Source of the DNA: Acidimicrobiaceae bacterium
Lineage (GTDB): Bacteria > Actinomycetota > Acidimicrobiia > Acidimicrobiales > Acidimicrobiaceae
NCBI GenBank assembly: GCA_027341385.1
Contig: DAIEMC010000105.1
Location: 1,249 to 65,248 of the forward strand
Direction of reading: 5' to 3'
Length of the DNA: 64,000 nt
The translations under genes were made by a program, and so were the position numbers. The notes below the pieces were generated by a model. The model saw nothing but the letters and a program-made list of their open reading frames with translations, had not been told where the DNA came from and made no database searches. Positions 9,984 through 19,662 of the stretch are shown one piece after another (position 1 is the stretch's first letter; each line of letters begins with the position of its first letter).

Positions 9984-11270
9984 TCAAAAGGCGTACACGG
10001 CTCCGTCGGAGCCGGCGTACCAGTAGCCACCGCCGTCAGGCGTCCTTTGGATGGCCACCACCGGCGCCGGAAGCTGGGCAGCTCCGGTGCTGCCGTAAAA
10101 GCCGGCGTTCCCGAAGGTGAAGATGCCTCCGTCTTTGGCCACCAGCCAATAGCCCTGCCCATTGGGCGTCGAGGCCATGCCCACGACCGGCTGGTTGAGC
10201 TTGGTCCCGCCCATGGAGCCGAAGAAGGGGGCGTTGAAGGAGAAGACTCCGCCGTCGGCGGCGACCATCCAGTAACCACCGGTGGCGGGGTCGGAGGCCA
10301 TCCCAACGATCGGCTGGTTGAGCCTGGTCCCGCCCATGGAGCCGTAGAAAGCTGCGTTGCCAAAGGAGAAGATGCCTCCGTCTTTGGCCACCAGCCAATA
10401 GCCCTGCCCATTGGGCGTCGAGGCCATGCCCACGACCGGCTGGTTGAGCTGATAACCACTCATCGAGCCGTAGAAAGCGGCGTTGCCGGAGCTGGTGAGG
10501 AAGTCGGAGAGCTCCTGATTCCAGGTGAAGACATAGCCGGAGGCGGGCAGCTGAGTGTCCGCGACGATGACCGCACAGTAGGAAGCGAAGTAGCCGGCCG
10601 CGTTGAGGGCAACAGCGCCCCCGGCATCGAGGTTGGAGGCGCTCTGGTAGAGGATGATGTCCCGGTGTTGCCAGCAACCGCTCGTGTTGGATGTCGAGCA
10701 GCTCACGTTGATCGAGGTCCCGTCGGGATTGAGGCCGTCGTAGTACATCCAGTCGTACATGGCGGCCAGCGGGTTCACCTCGTTGCCGGCCCAGATCGAG
10801 GAGCTGTAGCTGTAGCCCGGGGCGACTGAGTCGCTCCCCTGCGCGGCGCCCGTCTCCGCATAGGAATTAAGCGAGGGGGTCATGCCGGTAAGAGGGGCGA
10901 GACCTCTTGCCGTGCGCTCGAGATTCATCAGTACGAACATCTGCTCCGCACCGGTCAATAGCGAGAAGTTCACGGGCAGGACCATCGCCGGCAACGACTC
11001 CTGCGCTCTGGCCTGGTTGATGTCGTAAAGGATCACCGAGACGCAGGAGCCGGACTCGTTGTAGCCACCTGAACCGCAAGCGGACCCCCATGGCTTGGCG
11101 GGCGGAATGTTGTAAGGCGGATTGTAGGTGGTGGTCGTCGAGACCAGCCGGGTCCCTGACAGCTGTCGGTGCGGGTAGGCGCGGAGTGGGGAGACGAACG
11201 CGAGAAGCGCGGCGACCCCTAGTACTGCACCTAGCAGGCGCAACGATCTTTGCAGGGCCTTCAGCGGCAT
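9984..11270 (-). CDS. Secreted protein with CAP/SCP-like domain and four C-terminal ~42-aa beta-propeller-like repeats
   Basis: Signal peptide; NLERTARGLAPL...WMYYDG...CWQHRDIIL; repeats FYGSMGG..LNQPVVGMASTP.G.GYWLVA.DGGIF.FG. Confidence 0.75.
   Translation of the reverse strand: MPLKALQRSLRLLGAVLGVAALLAFVSPLRAYPHRQLSGTRLVSTTTTYNPPYNIPPAKPWGSACGSGGYNESGSCVSVILYDINQARAQESLPAMVLPVNFSLLTGAEQMFVLMNLERTARGLAPLTGMTPSLNSYAETGAAQGSDSVAPGYSYSSSIWAGNEVNPLAAMYDWMYYDGLNPDGTSINVSCSTSNTSGCWQHRDIILYQSASNLDAGGAVALNAAGYFASYCAVIVADTQLPASGYVFTWNQELSDFLTSSGNAAFYGSMSGYQLNQPVVGMASTPNGQGYWLVAKDGGIFSFGNAAFYGSMGGTRLNQPIVGMASDPATGGYWMVAADGGVFSFNAPFFGSMGGTKLNQPVVGMASTPNGQGYWLVAKDGGIFTFGNAGFYGSTGAAQLPAPVVAIQRTPDGGGYWYAGSDGAVYAF
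10119..10450. repeat. Perfect 83-bp direct repeat (10119-10201 and 10368-10450) within the coding repeats
   Basis: gaagatgcctccgtctttgg...ggctggttgagct occurs twice, 249 bp apart. Confidence 0.9.
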
Positions 11271-11431
11271 TCGACCCCCTTGGGACTTGTCCCCGAACGG
11301 ATTTCGATCAGGCTAGCGGCTCGATCCACGACGCCACTGACCACCCTGGCGGCAGCGCCAGGTGCGGTGCGGAAGGAACGAGGGTCGCCGGGAGTAGGTG
11401 ATGGACCCCGAGCACGAGCGAGGTGCCGCGA

Positions 11432-12424
11432 TCAGGAAGGCCGCCCTCGCCGCATCGATCGGTGCCTGCCGGCGGCGCGCTTCCGGCGCCGCTGAAAAAG
11501 CCACATGAAGGCGTCGGCGACCATAAGCAAAAGGGCGAGCAGCACCGCCGCGCGCTCGGCCAATGCCAGTGCGCTCCTGATGTCGGCGGGTCCCGAAGCC
11601 ACCTGAGGCTCGCGGAGACCCTCCGCCTGCCTCTGCCCACGAAGATCGTCCGGACCGACTCCGATTTCCAGGGCCTGAGAGAAAGCGGCCTGCGTGATTG
11701 CGATGTTTGGCGTGGAATGGCCGACGGCGCTCCGGCGAGCCCGCGTGTAGAGGGTGTAGGTGGGGCCCTGAGCGGCAGCGCATACGGCAAGCGCGCCCAC
11801 CCGGGACGGAAGCCAGCCGAACACGGCGCCAAGACGGCCGGGGACGTTCCCGAAGCGCGCCGTCGCCGGACCGGGGACGGCGGCTGTGGCGCTGATGGCG
11901 ACCGCCGCTCGATAGGCGAGCAGCCCGTCGACTCCCGCCGCGTTCAGGTAGAGGAGCGGGCCGCATACATCCTTGGCGAAGCTCGTGGCGATGGCCTCGA
12001 CCGCCGCCCGGACGGGCGCTTCATCACCCGGGGCACCTGGAGCCTCGGCGGCCGCCAATTCGATTGCAGCCGCCGACGCGAGTGCCTGCTCGCGCATGGA
12101 CTGCAGCCCGACGCAGGCGGCGCCCACCGCGATCTCGGACCCGAGATAGCCGAGAACGGCTCGCGCGATCTTGCCTGCAAGAAGCGGCAGCAGACCGCCG
12201 GCGAACACGAACCTTAGGCCGCCGTAATAGGTGTCGGTCCAGAGGATCTCCTCGGCAAAGCCGAGGAAACGCTCGTACCCCCGGGCCGTCGCCTCTCGCG
12301 CCAAATCCCCGCCGACAAGCGAATCGAGGACGAGAGCAACGGGAATCGCGACAGAACGTCCAGCCCATTTTGCCTTCAAGACCGCTCCGAAAATCCAGGC
12401 GCCAATGGAACGCCGCCTCTCCAT
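11432..12424 (-). CDS. cobD: Divergent CobD/CbiB-like membrane protein
   Basis: ALVLD.LVG, AAVEAIA...D...GPLLY...GVDGLLAYRA, RFG...RL..V..WLPSR, TPN...AA.S.ALEI match the CbiB layout, but key motifs are altered. Start uncertain. Confidence 0.6.
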   Translation of the reverse strand: MERRRSIGAWIFGAVLKAKWAGRSVAIPVALVLDSLVGGDLAREATARGYERFLGFAEEILWTDTYYGGLRFVFAGGLLPLLAGKIARAVLGYLGSEIAVGAACVGLQSMREQALASAAAIELAAAEAPGAPGDEAPVRAAVEAIATSFAKDVCGPLLYLNAAGVDGLLAYRAAVAISATAAVPGPATARFGNVPGRLGAVFGWLPSRVGALAVCAAAQGPTYTLYTRARRSAVGHSTPNIAITQAAFSQALEIGVGPDDLRGQRQAEGLREPQVASGPADIRSALALAERAAVLLALLLMVADAFMWLFQRRRKRAAGRHRSMRRGRPS

Positions 12425-12463
12425 TCAGCCGGCCAAGCGGCTGCTCACCGAACCTATTGCCAA

Positions 12464-12477
12464 TGACACTGGTGTCA
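12464..12477. promoter_or_regulatory. Palindrome TGACAC-TG-GTGTCA, candidate operator
   Basis: Perfect 6-bp inverted repeat in the divergent cobD/GGDEF intergenic region. Confidence 0.4.
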
Positions 12478-12495
12478 CAAAATGCGGCGCGAAGC

Positions 12496-12523
12496 TCAAG
12501 ATTGCTGGCACGACCGCCGAAAT
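12496..12523 (+). promoter_or_regulatory. Sigma-28 (FliA/WhiG)-type promoter for the GGDEF gene
   Basis: TCAA(G) at 12496, 16-nt spacer, GCCGAAAT at 12516-12523. Confidence 0.55.
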
Positions 12524-12644
12524 TTCAGGGGAACGTGAGATTTGGAGTCTAGAGGGCAGCACAAGGAGCGTCCGATTGAACGCCTGCCGAGAGGCTCTTC
12601 CGAGCCGCCGGCCCTGCCCTCAGGTGGAAGCGGGTTTCTCAGTA

Positions 12645-13694
12645 ATGACCGACCGAGCACTACGACGTTGGCTGATGCGTGGCGGGGTTACGCGCTGGCT
12701 TTTCGACGCCCCGACCGCACTTCCGCTTTCGACGGGCTCGATGGGAATGTGGGCCGCCAGCCTATGCCTGACGGGTTCACTGCTGGGTCTCGTAGTCACC
12801 CTGCTCCTGCCACACGCCAGCCAGTACGGCCTGAATCTGGTGACGAACGGCCTGCTCAGCGCAGGCGGCATCTTCCTGACCTTCAAGGCCGACAAGATCG
12901 GCCGCGTCGGGGCGAACACGATCATGGCAGTGGGCACCTTCGCGATCACGCTTCAGGTGGCTACCGGCCATGGGATGGATCCGGCCATCCTTGCCTGCAT
13001 GCTCTACGCCTGGATCGCGGTCTATGTCTTCGCCTTCCTGTCGACGGTCGAGGCGATCGCACACATCGGGTTCATCGCGACCTGCTATACGCTGGCACTG
13101 GTGTTCGGCCAGAAGCCGAGCGCCCCCCTCGCGGACTGGGTACTGACCCTGGCGACAGTGCTTGTCACCTCGGGAGCAGTCGGGTATCTGAGCTATCAAC
13201 TGCGCAAGCAAGCCGTAACCGACAGCCTCACCGGCATCCCCAACCGCAAGGGTTGGGAAGTGGCCTTCGAAAGGGAGATGGCCCGCGCCAGGCGCAGCGG
13301 ATCCTCGTTCGTGATCGCAATCTTCGACCTCAACGACTTCAAGCAGATAAACGACCTTTACGGGCACAGCGTGGGAGATCGGGTGCTGGTGGAGACGGGC
13401 AAGGCACTGCGTGCGGCGCTGCGCCCCTACGACCTGGTGGTTCGCTGGGGTGGTGACGAGTTCGTGGTGCTTGCCCTGCTCAAGCATCCCGCGGATGGGG
13501 GCCCTCTGATCGACAGGCTGATGCGAAGCGTGAGAACCAACTCAGCCCTCAGTTGCGGCGCCGTGATCGCTTATCCGGGAACTGCGAACGCTCAGGAGCT
13601 CCTGGCGCGCGCCGACGAGGCTCTCTACCGGGCAAAGGAAAACCCAGAGATCGAATACCTTCTCGAGTCGGTTGGCGCCTCCGGACAGTCCTGA
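12645..13694 (+). CDS. Membrane-bound diguanylate cyclase (multi-TM N-terminus plus GGDEF)
   Basis: About 5-6 TM helices, then TDSLTGIPNR, DLNDFKQINDLYGHSVGD, RPYD I-site and RWGGDEF. Start moved from 12231, where the ORF overlaps cobD antisense. Confidence 0.9.
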   Translation: MTDRALRRWLMRGGVTRWLFDAPTALPLSTGSMGMWAASLCLTGSLLGLVVTLLLPHASQYGLNLVTNGLLSAGGIFLTFKADKIGRVGANTIMAVGTFAITLQVATGHGMDPAILACMLYAWIAVYVFAFLSTVEAIAHIGFIATCYTLALVFGQKPSAPLADWVLTLATVLVTSGAVGYLSYQLRKQAVTDSLTGIPNRKGWEVAFEREMARARRSGSSFVIAIFDLNDFKQINDLYGHSVGDRVLVETGKALRAALRPYDLVVRWGGDEFVVLALLKHPADGGPLIDRLMRSVRTNSALSCGAVIAYPGTANAQELLARADEALYRAKENPEIEYLLESVGASGQS

Positions 13695-14147
13695 AAGCCG
13701 GTTGAGCACCCAGGTCCCCACGCCTGGCAGGCGCCCCGCGCCGGATCCCGACGCGCGAGCCGCGCAAGGTCTTAGATCCCCGTCTTCCGTTGTCGTCATC
13801 GGACGGCGTTGCCTCCTCGGTCGCTTGGGCAGCGCGCGGGATCAACGGGCGCAATACCACTCCAATGCGTAACATGGTCACTTGTGCGAGCCTCCGCCTC
13901 AGACGGGGATCCGACCGCAGGGCCCAAGGCGCCGACGGCCACCGGTGTTTTCGGAGATTCGAGCAGCCATGCGCGAATCGGGCTCGGCCGAGCTGACTGG
14001 CAAGCCGGCCACAGCGCCGAGCCGCCCATTGGGCCGACCGGTGGATCCCGGGCATAGCAGCGACCGGGGCGACACAGGCAATTGCACAAGGGCGGCTTCG
14101 AGGCCGAATCCCCCAAGAGGCAACCGAACAGAGGGAGGAGTGAGGTC

Positions 14148-15041
14148 TTGGGCATCTCTGACGGCGTGGGCTTCGATGACGGCAAGGTGGCCGAATACGC
14201 CCGATCACTTGGACTGCCGGGTTTGATCGATATTCACGTCCACTTCATGCCGGACAACGTGATGCGCAAGGTTTGGGCCTACTTCGAGAGCGCCGGGCCC
14301 CTGATCGGTTCAAGCTGGCCCGTTGCCTACAGGCTTCCCGAAGAAGACCGCTTGGAGCTGCTGGAATCTTTCGGAGTCCTCCGCCACGGCGCCCTCAACT
14401 ACCCTCACAAGCCCGGCATGGCAGAATGGCTCAACCAATGGAGCGCGGGCTTCGCGGAGACACATCCCAAAAGCTTCCGGTGCGCAACGTTCTACCCCGA
14501 ACCCTCGGCGGAACGCTACGTGCGCGATGCGATCGAGCGGGGAGCGCAGCTATTCAAGGCGCACATCCAAGTCGGGGCATACGATCCGCGCGATGCCCGG
14601 CTCAAGCCCGTCTGGGGCATGCTCGCCGAGGCGGGCATCCCGGTGGTGACTCACTGCGGATCCGGGCCAACTCCTGGCGCCTATACCGGTGTTGGGCCAA
14701 TCAGCGAGGTGCTGGCCGCCAATCCGGGGCTGGCGATGATCGTGGCCCACCTGGGCAACCCCGACTACGAGGAGTTCCTAGACCTCGCCGAGCGCCACCC
14801 GAAGGTCCATCTCGACACGACGATGACCTTCACGCCCTTCACCGAAAGCCAGGCCCCCTTTCCGCGCAGGCTCATCCCGCGCCTGGTCGAGCTCGGCGAT
14901 CGAATACTGCTCGGCAGCGACTTCCCGAACATCCCATACCGGTACTCGGTTCAAATCGCATCCCTGGCGGAATTGGGACTTGGCGACGACTGGATGCGTG
15001 GGGTTTTGTACTCGAACGCCGCGCGCCTAATGGGCCTGTAG
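14148..15041 (+). CDS. Amidohydrolase_2 family metal-dependent hydrolase
   Basis: IDIHVHF, VTHCGSGP, IVAHLG, LLGSDFP; TTG start after AGGAG. Confidence 0.85.
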   Translation: MGISDGVGFDDGKVAEYARSLGLPGLIDIHVHFMPDNVMRKVWAYFESAGPLIGSSWPVAYRLPEEDRLELLESFGVLRHGALNYPHKPGMAEWLNQWSAGFAETHPKSFRCATFYPEPSAERYVRDAIERGAQLFKAHIQVGAYDPRDARLKPVWGMLAEAGIPVVTHCGSGPTPGAYTGVGPISEVLAANPGLAMIVAHLGNPDYEEFLDLAERHPKVHLDTTMTFTPFTESQAPFPRRLIPRLVELGDRILLGSDFPNIPYRYSVQIASLAELGLGDDWMRGVLYSNAARLMGL

Positions 15042-15144
15042 GCAAGTCGTCCGGCTCCCGGGCGCACGCACCGGGCTTTTCCTGCTGGCTGGGATAAGAT
15101 CTCCTACTGATTTGGTCATATCCCAGCCCGGCCAAGGAGTGAGA

Positions 15145-15912
15145 TTGGATCGCTCAAGCCCGCTTCCGCTGTGGGCACAGCTTCTAGAGGATCTGCGAGA
15201 GCGGATAAACGCCGGCGAGTTCGCAGAGCGATTCCCGACCGATAAGGAAATGATCGAGCAGTATCAGGTCTCCCGCCAGACCGTGCGCGAAGCCGTTCGC
15301 CGTCTCGAGCAGGACGGCGTAGTGGTGCGGCGCCGGGGTCGAGGAACCAACCTCACCGACAAGCGCTTCTACCAGCAGCTGGGAACTGTCTACTCCCTCT
15401 ATCGCGAACTCGAGAAGATGGGGCATGTTCAAGGCTCGAAGATCCTGGCCCAGGGAACCAAGCATGACGGCGCCCTGGCACGCGAGTTCGGGGTTCCGGA
15501 GGACCATCTCTTCTTCCACCTGGAACGAATCCGGTACGCCGATGGCGAGGCGGTTGCCATCGACCGCCTCGTGATGCCGATGAAGTTCGCGGCGGCTCTC
15601 GCAGAAGCGAACTTTGAACACACCGGCCTCTACGACGAACTGGAGCGGCGCGCCGGAATCGTGCCGACGACGGGCGAGGAGCGCCTTACCCCGGTGATCC
15701 TTTCGGCAGAGGAGGCAAGTCTGCTCAACTGCAACGAGCCGACTGCCGGCATGCGCATCCAGCGGACCACCTACTACGGCGGCGAGAAACTGGAAAAGCG
15801 CGAGACCGTCGTCCGAGGCGATCGCTACTGCTTCGTCTCAGTCTTCGACTCGTCAAAGAACGAGCAATCATCGAACATCACCGCCGCCGAGTACGACGCG
15901 CGACAGCCTTGA
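15145..15912 (+). CDS. GntR (HutC/UTRA) family transcriptional regulator
   Basis: PLWAQL...VSRQTVREAVRRL..DG.V.RRRGRGT plus UTRA domain; TTG start after AGGAG. Confidence 0.9.
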   Translation: MDRSSPLPLWAQLLEDLRERINAGEFAERFPTDKEMIEQYQVSRQTVREAVRRLEQDGVVVRRRGRGTNLTDKRFYQQLGTVYSLYRELEKMGHVQGSKILAQGTKHDGALAREFGVPEDHLFFHLERIRYADGEAVAIDRLVMPMKFAAALAEANFEHTGLYDELERRAGIVPTTGEERLTPVILSAEEASLLNCNEPTAGMRIQRTTYYGGEKLEKRETVVRGDRYCFVSVFDSSKNEQSSNITAAEYDARQP

Positions 15913-15924
15913 TCGGTACAGCCG

Positions 15925-16779
15925 TCACAGTTGCCCGAAGGCCTCGGAGTTCTCCACGTATCTTTGCATCCGCGCACGCCCCCGCTGACCCAGTTCGGCT
16001 GTAACCAACGTGATCATCGCCTCGACGATTGCGATGGTTGGCACCATGCTGGAGAACTGGGACGGCCCGCCGATCGAGGCGTGAAAGACAATCTCCGCGT
16101 GCCCCGCGGCCGGCGACAGGTACGGATCGGTCAGGACGATCGCGGTCGAACCTTGCTGAGACGCCATCCTGACGAAGGTGACCGTATCGGCTTGATAGCG
16201 ACGGAAGTCGAACGCCACCACCACGTCCCCTTTCCCCGCGTCGAGGAGGGCGTTGATCCGCTCGGCGATGCCCTCGCTGACGTAGAGGACGTTCGGCCGC
16301 AGCACCTGCAGCGACCAGGCCAAGTGCTTGGCGAGGGCGGAGGAGATTCTCCCCCCGATCACGAAGACCCGTCGCTTGGGATCCGCGAGCAGCCGCACCG
16401 CCTTGGCAAACTCGGCCTGATCCACCGAGGCCAGGGAGCGCATCATCCCTTCAGTCATGGTGTTGGCCATATCCATCAGCCCCGATGACTCCAAGGAGAG
16501 AGGCTGTATCTCCGTAGGCGGCAGAAGGCGTTCCTGCAGCTCTCTTTGCAGAGCAGACTTGAAGGACGCGAAGCCGTCAAAACCCAGCTTGGTGACCAGG
16601 CGGGTGATTGTCGGCTCGGAGACACCGGCCGACCGGGCGATGCTCGATATGTTGCCCAGGCCCGCCACCGGGTAGTTCGAAAGGAGCACCTCGGCGACCT
16701 TGAGCTCGGCCTTGGAGAGGCTGGAGCGCATCCGGTGCAGCGAGGTGGCAACCGTCGTCGGCGCGCTGTCGTCGATCAT
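15925..16779 (-). CDS. MurR/RpiR family regulator (HTH plus SIS)
   Basis: LSKAELKVAE...SSIARSAGVSEPTITRLVTKLGFDGF; SIS domain with VVVAFDFRRY, LTD...SP. Confidence 0.88.
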   Translation of the reverse strand: MIDDSAPTTVATSLHRMRSSLSKAELKVAEVLLSNYPVAGLGNISSIARSAGVSEPTITRLVTKLGFDGFASFKSALQRELQERLLPPTEIQPLSLESSGLMDMANTMTEGMMRSLASVDQAEFAKAVRLLADPKRRVFVIGGRISSALAKHLAWSLQVLRPNVLYVSEGIAERINALLDAGKGDVVVAFDFRRYQADTVTFVRMASQQGSTAIVLTDPYLSPAAGHAEIVFHASIGGPSQFSSMVPTIAIVEAMITLVTAELGQRGRARMQRYVENSEAFGQL

Positions 16780-16968
16780 GTATACCCCCGTCTTTCGCGC
16801 GCGGTCGCGCTCGGTGCCAAACATATTCCCACATGGGAATGGACTCTCCCGCACCGCAGCGCTTCTTGAAGCACTCCGACGCGGAGTACCCTGGGCAACA
16901 GCGGGACCACGAGCCGGATTACCCCGCCCCACGTAAGGACATTTACCATCCCCACTAAGCGTGAAAGC

Positions 16969-16993
16969 GTTGTAACATGGTTATGGCTACAAC
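16969..16993. promoter_or_regulatory. Inverted repeat GTTGTA-N13-TACAAC, candidate operator
   Basis: AT-richer patch in the divergent rpiR/puuD intergenic region. Confidence 0.45.
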
Positions 16994-17190
16994 CTGCCGG
17001 ACGCTTTCCGAAGAAGCCGGGCCCGCGGTGCGCTTGCCGAGCACCGGAGCGGCAGCGCTCAATACAGACTTCGGAGGCGCCGAGTATTGGTGCTGGCCGG
17101 CGCGTGTAGGCCCAAGGCACGGACCGGCCTCTGGGGTGCGACTTGGGCCAGGCGTGCGCGCCGGCTTTGCGGCGCCGACGGGGAGGAATC

Positions 17191-17898
17191 TTGAAGAGGA
17201 TCGGCATTACCTTCGGACTTGCGGTCGACCACAAGTATTCCCTGCATATGGGCTACCCAGGCGCGATTTTGGAGCTTGGCGGCATACCGATGATGTATGT
17301 AAGCGTCACCGCCACACCCACGTTGTCGCATCATTCGGACCTCACTCTCGACGCGCTGGTCAAGGAATTCGTCTCGGAGGTTGACGGGCTCCTGGTCTCC
17401 GGCGGTTGGGATGTCGAACCTGCCCAATACGGACAGGTTCCCCAGCCCGAGTTGGAGGCGACCGAACCGGTCCGGGACTTCTTCGAGGCGGCAATGATAG
17501 ACGAGGCCCGCCGACAAGGAAAAAAAGTCCTTGCAATCTGCCGCGGAATGCAGATCCTGAACGTCTCCATGGGCGGCACCCTGTACCAGGATCTGGTCGC
17601 AGCCGGCTTTGAGCAACACCAAAGGCTCGACCGTGAGTACGAAACCTGCCACAGCGTGATCTTCGAACCCGGTTCGGAGCTTGCCGGGCTGATGGAGGGG
17701 GCCACCGAGGTCAACACGATTCACCATCAGGGAATCGACCGCCTGGCCGACGGGCTTCGCGCGGTTGCGCACTCGCCGGACGGCGTCATCGAAGCCGTCG
17801 AAGGCGATGGCCTGCTCGGGATCCAATGGCATCCGGAGCGCTTGTACGAATCCGATCCGCGGCACCTGGCCGGCTTCCGCTGGCTCATGGCCGACTGA
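17191..17898 (+). CDS. Gamma-glutamyl-gamma-aminobutyrate hydrolase family (peptidase C26, PuuD-like)
   Basis: GLLVSGGWDVEP..YG, VLAICRGMQILNV, VNTIHHQGI, GIQWHPE; TTG start after GGAGG. Confidence 0.88.
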   Translation: MKRIGITFGLAVDHKYSLHMGYPGAILELGGIPMMYVSVTATPTLSHHSDLTLDALVKEFVSEVDGLLVSGGWDVEPAQYGQVPQPELEATEPVRDFFEAAMIDEARRQGKKVLAICRGMQILNVSMGGTLYQDLVAAGFEQHQRLDREYETCHSVIFEPGSELAGLMEGATEVNTIHHQGIDRLADGLRAVAHSPDGVIEAVEGDGLLGIQWHPERLYESDPRHLAGFRWLMAD

Positions 17899-18000
17899 AC
17901 CGGACGCGCCGGCGACAATTCGCCAAAGCGCCCCCAAAAGCACTCGCCGCTAAGCGAAACTTGTAGCCGGGCAGGTGACACCTGTCGAGGAATCTGGCGA

Positions 18001-19617
18001 GTGGCAACGGGGGAACAGATGGCCATCATGGATGCGCAGTTGAACACGTGGCGACTGCTGGCTCACGCCGACAGCCACTTCGGCGACGTGGAAATCGTCA
18101 CCGAGGAGTCTCCCGGTTCCAAGCATCGCTACACCTTTGCCGACTTCGCGCAACGGACGCGCGCGCTGATGAACGTGCTTGATGGTATGAACCTGTCTCC
18201 TGAGGCCAAGGTCGCGACGCTTTCGTTCAACACCTACCGGCATCTCGAGTGCTACTTCGCCATACCCTGCACGGGCCGCGTCCTGCACACCCTCAACGCC
18301 AGGCTTTCGCCGGAAGATCTGTCGTTCATAATCAACGACGCCCAGGACGAGGCGATCTTCGTGGCTCATGACCTGCTGCCGCTGCTGGAGCGCATCGCGG
18401 ATCAAATACCTTCGGTAAAGGCGATCGTGGTCATGGGGGGCGATGCGGTCCAAGATGGCGACGGTCGGCTTGGTTATGAGGCCCTGCTTGCACGGAATCC
18501 CGGACAGTACCCGGAGAGGGCGATAGACGAGAACACCCCCGCCGGCCTCTGCTACACCTCCGGGACCACAGGGCGCCCCAAGGGAGCCGTTTACACCCAT
18601 CGGTCCACCTATCTGCACGCGATCAACTGCGCCTCTCCTTCCGGGATGAGCATCTGCGCGTCGGACTGCGTGCTCCCGGTCGTGACCATGTTCCACGCCT
18701 CCGCCTGGGGTATCGTGCACGCCGCCATTGCCACCGGGGCAAAGATCGTCTTCGCCTATCCGCACCTTGATCCCAAGTCCTTCGTGGATCTGCTCTTCGA
18801 CGAAGGTGTGACCATGGCGGCAGGTGTGCCGACCGTCTGGATAAGCATCGAGGAGGAGCTGCGCTCCCGCGGCGTCCGGCCACCCATGTTGCGCGAGATC
18901 GTGAGCGGGGGTTCGCAGCCGCCAAAGCCGCTGATAGAGCGCTACCAGCGCGATCTCGGCATCTCCATTGCCCAGGCGTGGGGAATGACCGAGACGTCGC
19001 CATTGGCAAGCGTGGCGCGGCCCAAGCACTCGATGCTCAAGCTTTCGGCCGACGAGTTGCTGGACCGCGTCGGGAGCCAGGCCGGCCTTCCGGCCCCGGG
19101 GATCGACGTGAGCCTGCGCGACGACGACGGCAACGAGGTTCCTTGGGACGGTGCGACCATGGGCAACCTTTACGTAAGGGGCCCTTGGGTGATCGACTCC
19201 TACCTGCACGGCCGTGGCGCGGACTCCTTCGAGGGCGGATGGTTCAAGACCGGGGACGTCGCGATCGGCTCGCCCGACGGCTATTTCGTGATCGCCGACC
19301 GCACCAAAGACCTCATCAAGTCCGGTGGGGAATGGATCTCCTCGGTAGACCTCGAAGGCGCGCTGATGGGCATGCCGGGGGTGGTCGAGGCCGCCGTGGT
19401 GGCCATACCTGACGACAAGTGGCAGGAACGGCCCCTCGCTTGCGTAGTCCCGGCGACGGGCAGCGAGATCACCCTCGAGGCTGTGAGGGCGCACCTCGCC
19501 GCGCGCGGCTTCGCCAAGTGGCAGCTTCCGGAGAGGATCGAGATCATCGATCAGGTGCCAAGAACGAGCGTCGGAAAGTTCGACAAGAAGGCGCTTCGGG
19601 CCAAGTTCCCGCAATAG
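18001..19617 (+). CDS. Medium/long-chain fatty acid-CoA ligase (AlkK/DmdB-like)
   Basis: CYTSGTTGRPKG, QAWGMTETSP, WFKTGDV, DRTKDLIKSGGEWISS, GKFDKK. Confidence 0.92.
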   Translation: MATGEQMAIMDAQLNTWRLLAHADSHFGDVEIVTEESPGSKHRYTFADFAQRTRALMNVLDGMNLSPEAKVATLSFNTYRHLECYFAIPCTGRVLHTLNARLSPEDLSFIINDAQDEAIFVAHDLLPLLERIADQIPSVKAIVVMGGDAVQDGDGRLGYEALLARNPGQYPERAIDENTPAGLCYTSGTTGRPKGAVYTHRSTYLHAINCASPSGMSICASDCVLPVVTMFHASAWGIVHAAIATGAKIVFAYPHLDPKSFVDLLFDEGVTMAAGVPTVWISIEEELRSRGVRPPMLREIVSGGSQPPKPLIERYQRDLGISIAQAWGMTETSPLASVARPKHSMLKLSADELLDRVGSQAGLPAPGIDVSLRDDDGNEVPWDGATMGNLYVRGPWVIDSYLHGRGADSFEGGWFKTGDVAIGSPDGYFVIADRTKDLIKSGGEWISSVDLEGALMGMPGVVEAAVVAIPDDKWQERPLACVVPATGSEITLEAVRAHLAARGFAKWQLPERIEIIDQVPRTSVGKFDKKALRAKFPQ

Positions 19618-19662
19618 GGCCGCATCGACGGCGGCCCGCCTCTTCAATTAGCCTGGGAGCCG

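Noticed and set aside
8754-10829. 691-aa plus-strand ORF
   Set aside because: Antisense shadow of addB and the secreted protein; no motifs; typical of high-GC DNA.
12425-12644. Cobalamin riboswitch upstream of the cobD-like gene
   Set aside because: No B12-box or GGGAA/CCGG..C..CC.C core seen on either strand.
13542-13799. Minus-strand ORF with GAGGAGG upstream
   Set aside because: 12-nt RBS spacing, 150-nt antisense overlap with the GGDEF 3' end, no motifs.
14101-14130. GCCGAATCC...CAACCG resembling the 5' end of ydaO
   Set aside because: The rest of the aptamer is missing.
17950-19647. 565-aa minus-strand ORF
   Set aside because: Antisense to the acyl-CoA ligase.
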